64,000 bases of DNA, taken from positions 23,801 through 87,800 of the forward strand of contig JAKSHZ010000001.1 of assembly GCA_024399115.1 (NCBI GenBank), in the 5' to 3' direction. Position 1 is the first letter of the stretch; the number at the start of each line of letters is the position of its first letter. The notes under the pieces are model-generated. The model had not been told where the DNA came from. It worked only from the letters and a program-made list of their open reading frames with translations, and searched no databases. This stretch comes from Bacilli bacterium (GTDB lineage Bacteria; Bacillota_I; Bacilli_A; RFN20; CAG-826). Positions 1-8,550 of the stretch are shown piece after piece. Made by a program: the position numbers and the translations under genes.

Positions 1-17
1 AAGGAGATAAATAAAAA

Positions 18-440
18 ATGAATTTCGCTAAAAGTATTGATAAAGAATCTGTTGATGAAACTATGTACAGAGTTAATATAGCACACGCAGAAAGAGACGG
101 AGATCTTAAAAGAAAGTTTGAAATTGAACAGGAGTATGTAGAAAATCTAAAGACTAAATTTCTTAATAAACTTCACAGTGATGAAGTTTTATTAATGACA
201 AACAAACTCATAGGAAAGCAGTATCTTCTTGCCGGAACCCCTGTAATTGAGGTAGCAATTGCAAACGATTTAATTGCAGTAATTGAAAAGTATGAAAAGA
301 AATACGGGTTCGATATTCTGGATAAAAGAGAACACTATGACAAAGTTGATGATTTAGCAGGAGATTTATTGAGATATATTTGTTCTATGCATAACGCAGA
401 ACTTATATATGGTAAAACAGATGTATTAAAGAGGATTTAA
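18..440 (+). CDS. hypothetical phage protein
   Basis: 140-aa ORF with AAGGAG RBS; stop overlaps the next start (TAATG). Confidence 0.6.
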   Translation: MNFAKSIDKESVDETMYRVNIAHAERDGDLKRKFEIEQEYVENLKTKFLNKLHSDEVLLMTNKLIGKQYLLAGTPVIEVAIANDLIAVIEKYEKKYGFDILDKREHYDKVDDLAGDLLRYICSMHNAELIYGKTDVLKRI

Positions 441-958
441 TGAGATACAACAAAAACGAAGTGCTTAAGTTATGTTATGAATTATGTGATGCCAACATTG
501 AAAAGATTATGGTTATCTGTCTCACAGAAAATGGTACACCTTTTGCCCATTCAGTGATTCGTACTGGAACTGAACAAGACTGTACAATCAGAGTCAAAGA
601 TATTATCAAGTATATTAGAAAATATAATTGTAAAAACTTTGTCCTTTGTCATAATCATACTAACGGGATTCTTGACCAATCTGAAGAAGATGATCATTTA
701 ACATCATTAATAATTGAATTGGAAAGTGATTTTGATTATAAACTGGTTGACCATATCATTGTAATGAAAGGTAATCCGACAGTACACTTCTCTTACAAAG
801 ATATTAACTTTAAGTTTGTCGCTGATAATTCAGTTATTAATAATGAAGTTCCAACTTCACTTCATAAAAAGATATTACTTGTTGCTAATAAAGCATCAGT
901 AAAAAAAGAAGTTAACAAATCACAAAGCAAACAAGTGATTTGTTTTGTTAAAAAGTAA
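440..958 (+). CDS. RadC-like JAB/MPN domain protein
   Basis: JAB motif: E near the N-terminus, LCHNHTNG...S.ED, LVDHII. Confidence 0.75.
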   Translation: MRYNKNEVLKLCYELCDANIEKIMVICLTENGTPFAHSVIRTGTEQDCTIRVKDIIKYIRKYNCKNFVLCHNHTNGILDQSEEDDHLTSLIIELESDFDYKLVDHIIVMKGNPTVHFSYKDINFKFVADNSVINNEVPTSLHKKILLVANKASVKKEVNKSQSKQVICFVKK

Positions 959-963
959 TTAAT

Positions 964-1088
964 AGTCGTGGTGGTAGATGTAATCATATATCATTAAAAA
1001 GGTATATGAGGATGCACCGGCTTAAAAAAAATAAGTACTTGATATATGAGAAGCTAGGAAACTGCTGCCACGACTTTCTTTTTTTTTT
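964..1088 (+). ncRNA. candidate structured RNA / terminator-like element
   Basis: 14-bp stem 964-977/1062-1075 with three G-U pairs, enclosing internal stems and followed by a U-tract. Confidence 0.4.
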
Positions 1089-1102
1089 GGAGGAGATTAA
1101 TT

Positions 1103-2038
1103 ATGAAAATTATAGCACGACTAATTATATATGGACTATTTCTTTCATGCCTTGTTAAAGCTTTCGTTGGACTTTCATTTTGGAGAACATACGAAGATGA
1201 AATAATTCCAATGGCCGCAGAGTTTGAAAAAGAAGAAGCTGAATATGGAAAGAATTACGGTTTCTCTTACACAAGAGAAATATATGAGAATCGATGGATG
1301 AATTTTATTAGAGAAAAACATTTTTTAGATGGTTCATTCAATGATGTGGTAATTGCATGGATTACAACTACACCTATAAAAGATACTTTAGTATACCTTT
1401 GGAATATCATACAATTAATTCTTATGCTTGAAGGTTTTATCTATCTTTATAACCGAGAGAAGAAAATCAGAGATGAAGAAGAAGGTATTATTAAAGATTA
1501 TCCAAAAGATATAAACATCGATACTGCAACTAACGATGAGATTTATGAAGCATTAAAACAACTTGATCCAACATTTGCCCTTAATCCTTACTCAAGGGGT
1601 GAACATAGAGATGATTTAATCAGAAAGTATAAAGAAGCAAAGCAAATGAGTGATGATTATGATTATACTATCAAGATTCATAAACGTTACAAAAAACTGT
1701 ATTGGTTCTTCTTATTCTTCTGGATTTTAGCACCGTTCTTTATTCCACTTATTATAGCAGGTGTTGGTGGATTAATGTTATCTTCATTCATTTTCTTTAT
1801 TACAGTACCTGCTGGAATATTTATGGGTTCTGTAGTATGGCCATTAGTTCTTAAACAGATGATATTTGTAGATGATGAAGAAGGTGATGCTATGGTAGCC
1901 AAAGGAAAATGGCGAGATGGTAAAAAAGTTTTCTACTCTGAAGTTATTATGGAAAAAATAAACCTCTCAAGAGAAGAAGAAAAAACAAATACAGCTTCAT
2001 TATTGACTGGCAATATATTAAGCAAGTTTTTCAAATAG
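1103..2038 (+). CDS. multi-pass membrane protein (moron-like)
   Basis: 311 aa, several hydrophobic segments, GGAGGAG RBS, own terminator. Confidence 0.65.
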   Translation: MKIIARLIIYGLFLSCLVKAFVGLSFWRTYEDEIIPMAAEFEKEEAEYGKNYGFSYTREIYENRWMNFIREKHFLDGSFNDVVIAWITTTPIKDTLVYLWNIIQLILMLEGFIYLYNREKKIRDEEEGIIKDYPKDINIDTATNDEIYEALKQLDPTFALNPYSRGEHRDDLIRKYKEAKQMSDDYDYTIKIHKRYKKLYWFFLFFWILAPFFIPLIIAGVGGLMLSSFIFFITVPAGIFMGSVVWPLVLKQMIFVDDEEGDAMVAKGKWRDGKKVFYSEVIMEKINLSREEEKTNTASLLTGNILSKFFK

Positions 2039-2056
2039 TTGTCAGGGTCATCATTC

Positions 2057-2089
2057 AAAACTCCACGGTTTATTCTGTGGAGTTTTTTT
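2057..2089 (+). terminator. rho-independent terminator
   Basis: AAAACTCCACGG/CTGTGGAGTTTT hairpin followed by a T-run. Confidence 0.8.
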
Positions 2090-2146
2090 ATGTCTATGGA
2101 CATTTTATGGAATACTTGCATTTTAATGCATTATTTACTTGTTTTT

Positions 2147-2184
2147 TACTTGTCTTTTGTATTTTGGTGTATTATAATGTAAGT
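2147..2184 (+). promoter_or_regulatory. sigma70 promoter for a leaderless mRNA
   Basis: TTGTCT-17-TATAAT-6 nt-ATG(2185); no RBS. Confidence 0.7.
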
Positions 2185-2472
2185 ATGTTAGACCTTAAGA
2201 AAGATATACCAGTAAGACAGGAATGTTTTGACGTGGTAGAAGACAAAATCGCACAGATTAGAGATTTATTATTAGAAGCGGAACAGACATTACACATGGC
2301 TGTTGAAACAAAAGATTGCCTTTTAACTAAAGAAGAAGTTGCAGAATACTTCAGATGTAGTCCTAATGCAATCCCAAGAGCTATCCCAAGATTCAGACAG
2401 AGTGGTAGTTCTTTATTCTTAAAAAGTGATGTTGATGCATATGTCAACAAGCGATTAAAACGAAATAAATAA
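2185..2472 (+). CDS. excisionase-like/MerR-type HTH protein
   Basis: C-terminal LLTKEEVAEYFRCS...LFLKSDVDAYV pattern; start reassigned to ATG 2185 from the promoter geometry. Confidence 0.65.
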   Translation: MLDLKKDIPVRQECFDVVEDKIAQIRDLLLEAEQTLHMAVETKDCLLTKEEVAEYFRCSPNAIPRAIPRFRQSGSSLFLKSDVDAYVNKRLKRNK

Positions 2473-2517
2473 GCAGTTTGCTTATAAAGAGATTATCTTT
2501 AACATAGGAGATTAAAC

Positions 2518-3249
2518 GTGAAAGCAAATGAATTAATCAAATTGCAGGAACCTTTCCCGGCACAGGACATTGAATGGAGACTTCAAAGCTGTGGCGAAAC
2601 TAAAGGTAAACTGTGGGGAAAAGTACTTGCATACATTACCTCAAGAGCCGTTCAAGAACGTCTTGATAATGTGTGTGGTCCTGATGGTTGGCAGTGTTCA
2701 ATTAAGAAAGAAGGTGATGCATATCTGTGTACACTTTCAGTTCGTGTAGAACACGAAGATGGAACTGTAGAATGGATTTCGAGAACTGATGGTGCTGATG
2801 CTACAGATATCGAAGCTGTAAAAGGTGGTATTTCTGGAGCTATTAAACGTGCAGCAGTTTTATTCGGATGTGGTCGTTATCTTTATCAATTAAAAGATAA
2901 TTGGGCTAATATTTCGGAACATGGTGCTTTTTCTGGTAAGACAAAAGAAGGTACATGGTTCAAATGGGACCCACCTACACTTCCAGATTGGGCATTACCA
3001 AAAACAAATAAAGTTCAAAATAAATCTGGTAAGGAAGAGACTTCGACCCCTACTTCCGTACCAGATAGTCCAGAAGTAACTAAGGCTATCAAGACCGTTA
3101 AAGATTATATCATAAATAACCAGTTAAACAAGGACTGGATTCCTAAAGCTAACAGTTATATTGAGACAAAAAATCTTGATGGACTTAACAGAATCGTTTC
3201 CTATATGGAAGCACAGATTGATAAAGCAATTACTGAAGAAGCAAGCTAA
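2518..3249 (+). CDS. sak: Rad52/Sak-like single-strand annealing protein
   Basis: LAYITSRAVQERLDNVCG.DGW and KGGISGAIKRAAVLFG.GRYLY motifs; adjacent to ssb. Confidence 0.85.
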   Translation: MKANELIKLQEPFPAQDIEWRLQSCGETKGKLWGKVLAYITSRAVQERLDNVCGPDGWQCSIKKEGDAYLCTLSVRVEHEDGTVEWISRTDGADATDIEAVKGGISGAIKRAAVLFGCGRYLYQLKDNWANISEHGAFSGKTKEGTWFKWDPPTLPDWALPKTNKVQNKSGKEETSTPTSVPDSPEVTKAIKTVKDYIINNQLNKDWIPKANSYIETKNLDGLNRIVSYMEAQIDKAITEEAS

Positions 3250-3261
3250 GAGGAATAAACT

Positions 3262-3660
3262 ATGAATGATATTAACGTAACAACATTGCAGGGAAGATTA
3301 ACTGCAGACGCAACAATTAAACAGTTCGACAATGGAAATCAGGTATTACAGTTTTCAATTGCTGTAAATACTTCATTCAAAAAAGGAGAAGAATGGGTAG
3401 ACTACCCTAACTTCTTCTCTTGTAAATACTACGGAAAATCTCTCGAAAAATTAAACGAAAGACTTAAGAAAGGAAAAGAAGTGACTCTTGTAGGTCACTT
3501 GAAACAGGACCGTTGGGAAAAAGACGGGCAGAAAAATTCTGCTGTTGTAGTTGAAGTTGAAAAACTCAGAGTTGCTTTGGACAAATCAGGGTCATCATCT
3601 GATACTTCATCGGAAACTTCGTCAGATCCCAGTGAATTCCCAGAGGACATTCCCTTCTAA
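3262..3660 (+). CDS. ssb: single-stranded DNA-binding protein
   Basis: GRLTADA, FSIAVN and LKKGKEV OB-fold motifs; acidic tail ending DIPF. Confidence 0.95.
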   Translation: MNDINVTTLQGRLTADATIKQFDNGNQVLQFSIAVNTSFKKGEEWVDYPNFFSCKYYGKSLEKLNERLKKGKEVTLVGHLKQDRWEKDGQKNSAVVVEVEKLRVALDKSGSSSDTSSETSSDPSEFPEDIPF

Positions 3661-3741
3661 TATCCCTCCACAAGTTCAGGCATTCGCTAACGCATTTGGG
3701 GAAATCGTGTAGCGAAAGGCGGCCACTGCCTTAAGTGTGGC
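3661..3741 (+). ncRNA. candidate pseudoknot RNA element
   Basis: AGGCA/TGCCT and GCCAC/GTGGC crossing stems, nested TTCGCTA/TAGCGAA stem, CCCTCCA at the 5' side. Confidence 0.5.
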
Positions 3742-3756
3742 AAATTGGGAGTAATA

Positions 3757-4293
3757 ATGACAAAGTCTAAAGAGAGAATAACAAAGATTACAAAGAAAGG
3801 AGCATTTAACTTTGCACTTAATGCTGCTTATTCTGCAATCAAATACAATGAAGAATCTTTTTTCGACAGTACTACCGGCTCAAATATAGTATTCATTATT
3901 GAAAGTGTAACAGGGTTAACTTTTGAAGTCTTTAGAAAAATGGTGCTTGAATCATTAGATTATGAAAATAAGTTTGACTACGATACCGTTGTCAAAGACG
4001 CAAAGACTTTAAGTATTAAAGAGCTTGCCGCTAAACACGAATGTTCTTATGAAGAAATGAGATATTACCTGATTAGTCGCAATATCAAATACAATAAGAC
4101 AAACCCAAAACTTACACAAGAAAGAAATACTGAAAAGATTAAAGACACTGCTATCAGATTAAACGGTAAATACACCTTATCAGAACTTTCGAATATCGTT
4201 GGTATTCAGTACTCATTCGTTAAAGAAATATGTCTTCGCTATGGACTTCCATATCGCAAGACTGCAAGGAATCGTGTATCAGTAACCCCATAG
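3757..4293 (+). CDS. tandem-HTH-like hypothetical protein; stop displaced by the IscB insertion
   Basis: Two HTH-like segments (SIKELAAKHECS, TLSELSNIVGI); last codons lie inside the element end. Confidence 0.55.
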   Translation: MTKSKERITKITKKGAFNFALNAAYSAIKYNEESFFDSTTGSNIVFIIESVTGLTFEVFRKMVLESLDYENKFDYDTVVKDAKTLSIKELAAKHECSYEEMRYYLISRNIKYNKTNPKLTQERNTEKIKDTAIRLNGKYTLSELSNIVGIQYSFVKEICLRYGLPYRKTARNRVSVTP

Positions 4294-4510
4294 CTAAAGC
4301 TAGGGGCTTGTAGCCCTTTACTGACTAGACTGAGTGATAAGCAGTGTTACTGCTTTGAACTACGTTATCTGTAAATGTATAGACACCAGTGGATGTAATA
4401 CCTAGTCCACTGCTCTGTGGTAAGTGATTAAACAAGACTGAGAGGTAGGTCTAGTGTTGCTTACAAGAAACTACAGATAACATTGTCTAAGGTATTCAAC
4501 TCTAACATAC
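4278..4510 (+). ncRNA. IscB omega-RNA (HEARO-like) scaffold
   Basis: ~240-nt non-coding stretch upstream of iscB with typical segments (GACTAGACTGAG, CTACGTTA, CTAGTCCACTGCTCTG, AACATTGTCTAAGG) and many stems. Confidence 0.85.
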
Positions 4511-4526
4511 AGGAGAATTTAAAATT

Positions 4527-5762
4527 ATGGTGTATGTATCAAATATTGAAGGTAAACCGCTGATGCCTTGTAAAGAGGCAAAGGCGAGGCATCTTTTAAA
4601 AGACGGCAAAGCAATCGTTGTAAGAAAAGAACCTTTTACAATCCGTTTGCTTTTTGAAGTGGATAATGTAACGCAAGAAGTTGCATTGGGAATTGATGCA
4701 GGTTCTAAACATATCGGAGTAAGTGCTACTACTGGTAGGAAAGAATTATATGCAGCAGATGTTGAGTTGAGAAACGATATCGTAGATTTGATTTCTACTA
4801 GACGTAAATATCGTAGAACTAGAAGGAACAGATTGCGTTATCGTAAGCCTAGATTCAATAATCGTGTTCACTCCAAACATAAAGGATGGCTGGCACCAAG
4901 TATCGAACAGAAGATTAACTGTCACTTAAAGATAGTTGAAGATGTACACAAGATACTTCCTGTTTCTAAGGTAATTGTTGAAGTTGCTTCTTTTGATATT
5001 CAGAAGATTAAGAATCCTAATATCGAAGGAAAGGAATATCAGCAGGGTGAACAGTTAGGATTCTGGAATGTAAGAGAGTATGTTCTGTTTAGAGATGATC
5101 ATACTTGTCAGTGCTGTAAAGGTAAATCTAAGGATTCAATTTTGAATGTACACCATATTGAATCAAGAAAGATTGGAGGAAATTCTCCAAACAATCTGAT
5201 TGCTTTATGTGAAACCTGTCATCGTGGTTATCACAAAGGAACTGTTAAGTTACCTAAGAACATTAAACGTGGTATGTCATTTAGAGATGCCACGTTTATG
5301 GGAATTATGAGATGGACTTTCTGCGAAAGATTAAGGGCTATATATCCAAATGTTTCTATAACTTACGGATATATAACAAAAAATACTCGCATAGAGAACA
5401 ATCTTCCTAAAGACCATTACATAGATGCTAGGTGTATAAGTGGTAATCCATTAGCTGAACCTTTAGGTTATGTCTGGTATATGAGAAAAGTACGCAGACA
5501 TAACAGACAGATTCATAAGGCTAAGATATTGAAAGGTGGTGTTAAAAAACTTAATCAGGCTCCTTATTTAGTTAAGGGTTTTAGATTATTCGACAAGGTA
5601 AAACTTGATAATAAATCTTGTTTTATCTTCGGTAGACGGTCTAGTGGTTCATTTGATATCAGAACTCTTTCAGGAGAAGTGATATCAAGATGTGCCAATA
5701 GTAAAAAATTAGAATTGATATCCAAAAGAAATGGATATTTATCAGAAAGGAGAAATGCGTAA
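4527..5762 (+). CDS. iscB: IscB RNA-guided endonuclease
   Basis: PLMP motif, RuvC-I GIDAG, arginine-rich bridge helix (RRKYRRTRRNR), RuvC-II IVE, HNH (HHIESR...NNLIALCETCH), RuvC-III DHYIDA. Confidence 0.95.
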   Translation: MVYVSNIEGKPLMPCKEAKARHLLKDGKAIVVRKEPFTIRLLFEVDNVTQEVALGIDAGSKHIGVSATTGRKELYAADVELRNDIVDLISTRRKYRRTRRNRLRYRKPRFNNRVHSKHKGWLAPSIEQKINCHLKIVEDVHKILPVSKVIVEVASFDIQKIKNPNIEGKEYQQGEQLGFWNVREYVLFRDDHTCQCCKGKSKDSILNVHHIESRKIGGNSPNNLIALCETCHRGYHKGTVKLPKNIKRGMSFRDATFMGIMRWTFCERLRAIYPNVSITYGYITKNTRIENNLPKDHYIDARCISGNPLAEPLGYVWYMRKVRRHNRQIHKAKILKGGVKKLNQAPYLVKGFRLFDKVKLDNKSCFIFGRRSSGSFDIRTLSGEVISRCANSKKLELISKRNGYLSERRNA

Positions 5763-5811
5763 ACTTCCTCCCCATAGTTAAAACTAGGGATTTCCGTTTA
5801 CGCTACTTCGT

Positions 5812-6012
5812 ATGAAGAAAATTAAGTATGGTGTAAAAACTGGCTTTTCGACCACAATTTGTCCTTATGACTTAAACACTGAAGAACCTATTTATGTAGG
5901 TTCTAAAACTTGCAGTGCTTTATGTTCACATAACATCAAAACAGATAAAGGTTATGTACTTTGTTCTCGCTGTGAATTACACAAAAGACCTTTTCACAAG
6001 GTAAAGATATGA
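5812..6012 (+). CDS. small Cys-rich hypothetical protein
   Basis: 66-aa ORF in a coupled operon. Confidence 0.55.
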   Translation: MKKIKYGVKTGFSTTICPYDLNTEEPIYVGSKTCSALCSHNIKTDKGYVLCSRCELHKRPFHKVKI

Positions 6013-6191
6013 GATTGAGTTATATAGCGTGTTATTTAATCGGGTTAGTAACGATGTATCTTAGCGTATTTGCTGACGATATGTTAGACCCTTATAAGTC
6101 TCTGATTAAACTTGGTGGATTTCTAATGGGTCTAATTCTCGTAGTAAATATTATGAGAATCGATAATAAAAATTTTGAGGATGAAGAATGA
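6009..6191 (+). CDS. small two-TM membrane protein
   Basis: Two hydrophobic segments; ATGA overlap. Confidence 0.55.
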   Translation: MRLSYIACYLIGLVTMYLSVFADDMLDPYKSLIKLGGFLMGLILVVNIMRIDNKNFEDEE

Positions 6192-6418
6192 GGTGGTACG
6201 AATACTTAATGCTCTTTGTATTCATTGCATTAATTGCAATTGTTAGTTGTCAATTAGTGCAGGATATCAAAGAAGTTAAAGATTATATACAAGAACTGTA
6301 TGTAAACGAAGCACAGCTCGAAGACTTGATCCAGACTAGTGCAAAAGAAACAAAAGACGAATGTAGAAGAATGACTGATACAGTCGTTGATTTCGTGATA
6401 AACGAAAGATGGAATTAG
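6188..6418 (+). CDS. small membrane-anchored or lipoprotein-like coiled-coil protein
   Basis: N-terminal hydrophobic helix ending IVSC; ATGA overlap. Confidence 0.55.
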   Translation: MRWYEYLMLFVFIALIAIVSCQLVQDIKEVKDYIQELYVNEAQLEDLIQTSAKETKDECRRMTDTVVDFVINERWN

Positions 6419-6419
6419 T

Positions 6420-6630
6420 ATCCAACTACTGTCAGTAGTGAAGATAGACGCTTGTCCGTATGGACTGCGAATCCCAAAAAAAATGTGGTTTGAGATACCC
6501 TGCTTCCGAAAGGTTGCAGGGTCTTATTCGGTTATTAACCGGCTGTCAGTCGGATAATATAACTCCTATCCGTATGGATGGAGATTTCTTTAAAAGATTT
6601 CAGTTCCACTCTTTTGAGTGGAACATTTTG
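6420..6630 (+). ncRNA. candidate multi-hairpin structured RNA
   Basis: At least six consecutive hairpins in an intergenic gap, two closed by TCC-GTAT-GGA. Confidence 0.45.
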
Positions 6631-6638
6631 TTTAACAC

Positions 6639-6812
6639 ATGAGAAAACTAATCAAACAAATGACACCCGAAGAAAAACGGGAATATTATCGTGAATATTA
6701 TAAAGCTCATAGAGAAGAACGATTAGCATCTTCTAAAAAATATAATCATTCACATAAGGCTGAAGTTAATGAATACAAAAGACTTTGGTATAGAAAAAAA
6801 TGCGGACTATAA
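6639..6812 (+). CDS. small basic protein (57 aa, not in the ORF track)
   Basis: MRKLIKQMTPEEKREYYREYYKAHREERL...; resembles the basic N-terminal arms of phage HNH proteins. Confidence 0.5.
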   Translation: MRKLIKQMTPEEKREYYREYYKAHREERLASSKKYNHSHKAEVNEYKRLWYRKKCGL

Positions 6813-6821
6813 GGAATAAAA

Positions 6822-7145
6822 ATGACTACAGAAGATTTAATTGAACAGTTCATTCAGGCAGGTGTTAAGGCCTACAAGATTATCCTCAGAGGAACTGAGA
6901 AATATGACAGACTTAACAGACACCTTCCTGTTGATATTGACGGTCAGGAAGTAAATTACTGGAGAGAATATGGTGTATATACAATGTCCATTTATCTCCA
7001 CAACTTATTACCTGACAGTCATCTTGAATGTACTTTAGATGGAAACGATTCATCGATTAGTATCGAACTTACAGACGAACAACAGCGATTCCTTAATGGA
7101 AAATTGTATGAGTTCCTTAAAAAAAATAATGCACTTTCTTTTTAG
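6822..7145 (+). CDS. hypothetical protein
   Basis: 107-aa ORF with AAGGA RBS. Confidence 0.6.
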   Translation: MTTEDLIEQFIQAGVKAYKIILRGTEKYDRLNRHLPVDIDGQEVNYWREYGVYTMSIYLHNLLPDSHLECTLDGNDSSISIELTDEQQRFLNGKLYEFLKKNNALSF

Positions 7146-7155
7146 GAGGTTTAAA

Positions 7156-7431
7156 GTGACAAAATTTGAAATGTGGTTATTTAACAACAGATGGAATATT
7201 GCAGCAGTTGTTACAATCTTGGTTGAAATAGTTCTTTCTATTTTGAAAGTAACTAATGGTTGGACTATCAGTTGGTTCATACTTTTAATACCGGCAGAGA
7301 TCATCCTTGTTTATAACCTGTTGATTGGTGCACTATGTTTGACTTGTTATCTGCTTGATATCGATGGCGAGATGTGGCGAAAAGAAAAAATTGATAAACA
7401 GATAAAAGAACATATGGATAAAAAGGAGTAA
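7156..7431 (+). CDS. small membrane protein
   Basis: AGGAGG RBS before in-frame GTG 7156; two TM segments. Confidence 0.55.
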   Translation: MTKFEMWLFNNRWNIAAVVTILVEIVLSILKVTNGWTISWFILLIPAEIILVYNLLIGALCLTCYLLDIDGEMWRKEKIDKQIKEHMDKKE

Positions 7432-7436
7432 CGAAA

Positions 7437-7853
7437 ATGAGTACAACAAAAGAGAAGATTACTGTAATGACTGCCTACGAAGAAGGTAAGAAGATTGAAT
7501 GTAAAAGCAGAGATTGTAATTGGGCTGAGTGGATATTACCACAAGAGCCTGCTTGGAATTGGGCAGAGTGTGATTACAGAATAAAAGAAGAACCAAAGTA
7601 CAGACCATACAAAGACATTGATGAACTGTTCAATGATTGGGCAGAAAAAACACACAGTATACCAGCAAATATGGAACAGTTAGTCAGACCATTGATTTGG
7701 GTAGAGTCAAAAGTTACTGGTATTGAAAGACTAATTACAACTTACGACAGACACGCTGAACTAGTTAAAATTGCAAAGCGTTGTATTAGTTTAGAATATT
7801 TATTTAATAATTATACTTTCCTTGATGAAAGTCCTTGTGGTAAGAAGGAGTAA
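7437..7853 (+). CDS. conserved phage hypothetical protein
   Basis: AYEEGKKIE...P.WNW..CDYRIKEEPKYRPY pattern common in phage early genes. Confidence 0.65.
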   Translation: MSTTKEKITVMTAYEEGKKIECKSRDCNWAEWILPQEPAWNWAECDYRIKEEPKYRPYKDIDELFNDWAEKTHSIPANMEQLVRPLIWVESKVTGIERLITTYDRHAELVKIAKRCISLEYLFNNYTFLDESPCGKKE

Positions 7854-8006
7854 AAAATGAGCAAAAAAAAAGGGAGCGGGAACTATTTTATTTTTGACAG
7901 GTTATTTTATTTAATGAGTTGTGAAAGCGTTTATTTAGAATCTTACCTCAAAAAGTTTGAAATAACTAAATCTACGGAGAAATTATAAAAAACTTAGGAG
8001 ATAAAT

Positions 8007-8273
8007 ATGACAGAAGTAGATGAACAGGTAAGAAAGTTTATTGATTTTTTGGATAATGATGAGGCATTAGATAAAACTATTAGACATATGAAAAAAATCA
8101 ATAAGTTTTTGAAAAATGAAATTGCAGAATCAAAAAAAGGAAACGAAGAACTTCGCTATTGCGGAAATTGTCAGAGTGTTTTTGATGCTGATGGATTTTG
8201 TTATTTATATAAAGACGGAAGATGTATAAATCAGAGTGAATGGACAAAAAGAAGTAAAGGAGTAGAAAAATGA
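8007..8273 (+). CDS. small Cys-motif hypothetical protein
   Basis: RBS AGGAG; CxxC motif. Confidence 0.55.
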   Translation: MTEVDEQVRKFIDFLDNDEALDKTIRHMKKINKFLKNEIAESKKGNEELRYCGNCQSVFDADGFCYLYKDGRCINQSEWTKRSKGVEK

Positions 8274-8548
8274 GTACAGATAATGAATTGTTAAGTGCAG
8301 TAAAAGTTACACTAATTGAAAAAGCAAATTTAGAAAAACGTGTAAAAGAACTTGAAGAAAAACACACAAGACTTTCCAAAATGCTTGAAATGGCAATAGA
8401 TTTCATTGAGCAAGAAGATATGCAGTGTAAACTGTGTTCGTTTTTTTCAAGTTGCAGAGAAAACTGTCCGTATGGAGATGAAACACCAATATCTGACATT
8501 ATTCGTGCAGAACTTGAAAAACGTGTTATGCAAAGAAAAGGAGAATAA
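8270..8548 (+). CDS. small coiled-coil/Cys hypothetical protein
   Basis: Coupled ORF; CxxC motif. Confidence 0.55.
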   Translation: MSTDNELLSAVKVTLIEKANLEKRVKELEEKHTRLSKMLEMAIDFIEQEDMQCKLCSFFSSCRENCPYGDETPISDIIRAELEKRVMQRKGE

Positions 8549-8550
8549 TA

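Larger units (their letters stand above)
4278..5811 (+). mobile_element. non-autonomous IS200/IS605-superfamily IscB element
   Basis: Terminal hairpins CCCCATAGCTAAAGCTAGGGG (left) and CCCCATAGTTAAAACTAGGGA (right); removing the element restores a stop/start overlap; followed by ATGAA. Confidence 0.85.

Noticed and set aside
2043-3598. CAGGGTCATCAT repeated at about 2043 and 3587
   Set aside because: Only two copies, one inside ssb coding sequence, with no shared context
5805-5818. CTTC-GTAT-GAAG hairpin identical to the one at 21916
   Set aside because: It spans the IscB insertion junction, so it is probably coincidental
6460-6642. 60-aa ORF
   Set aside because: No RBS and it runs across a hairpin cluster; treated as non-coding
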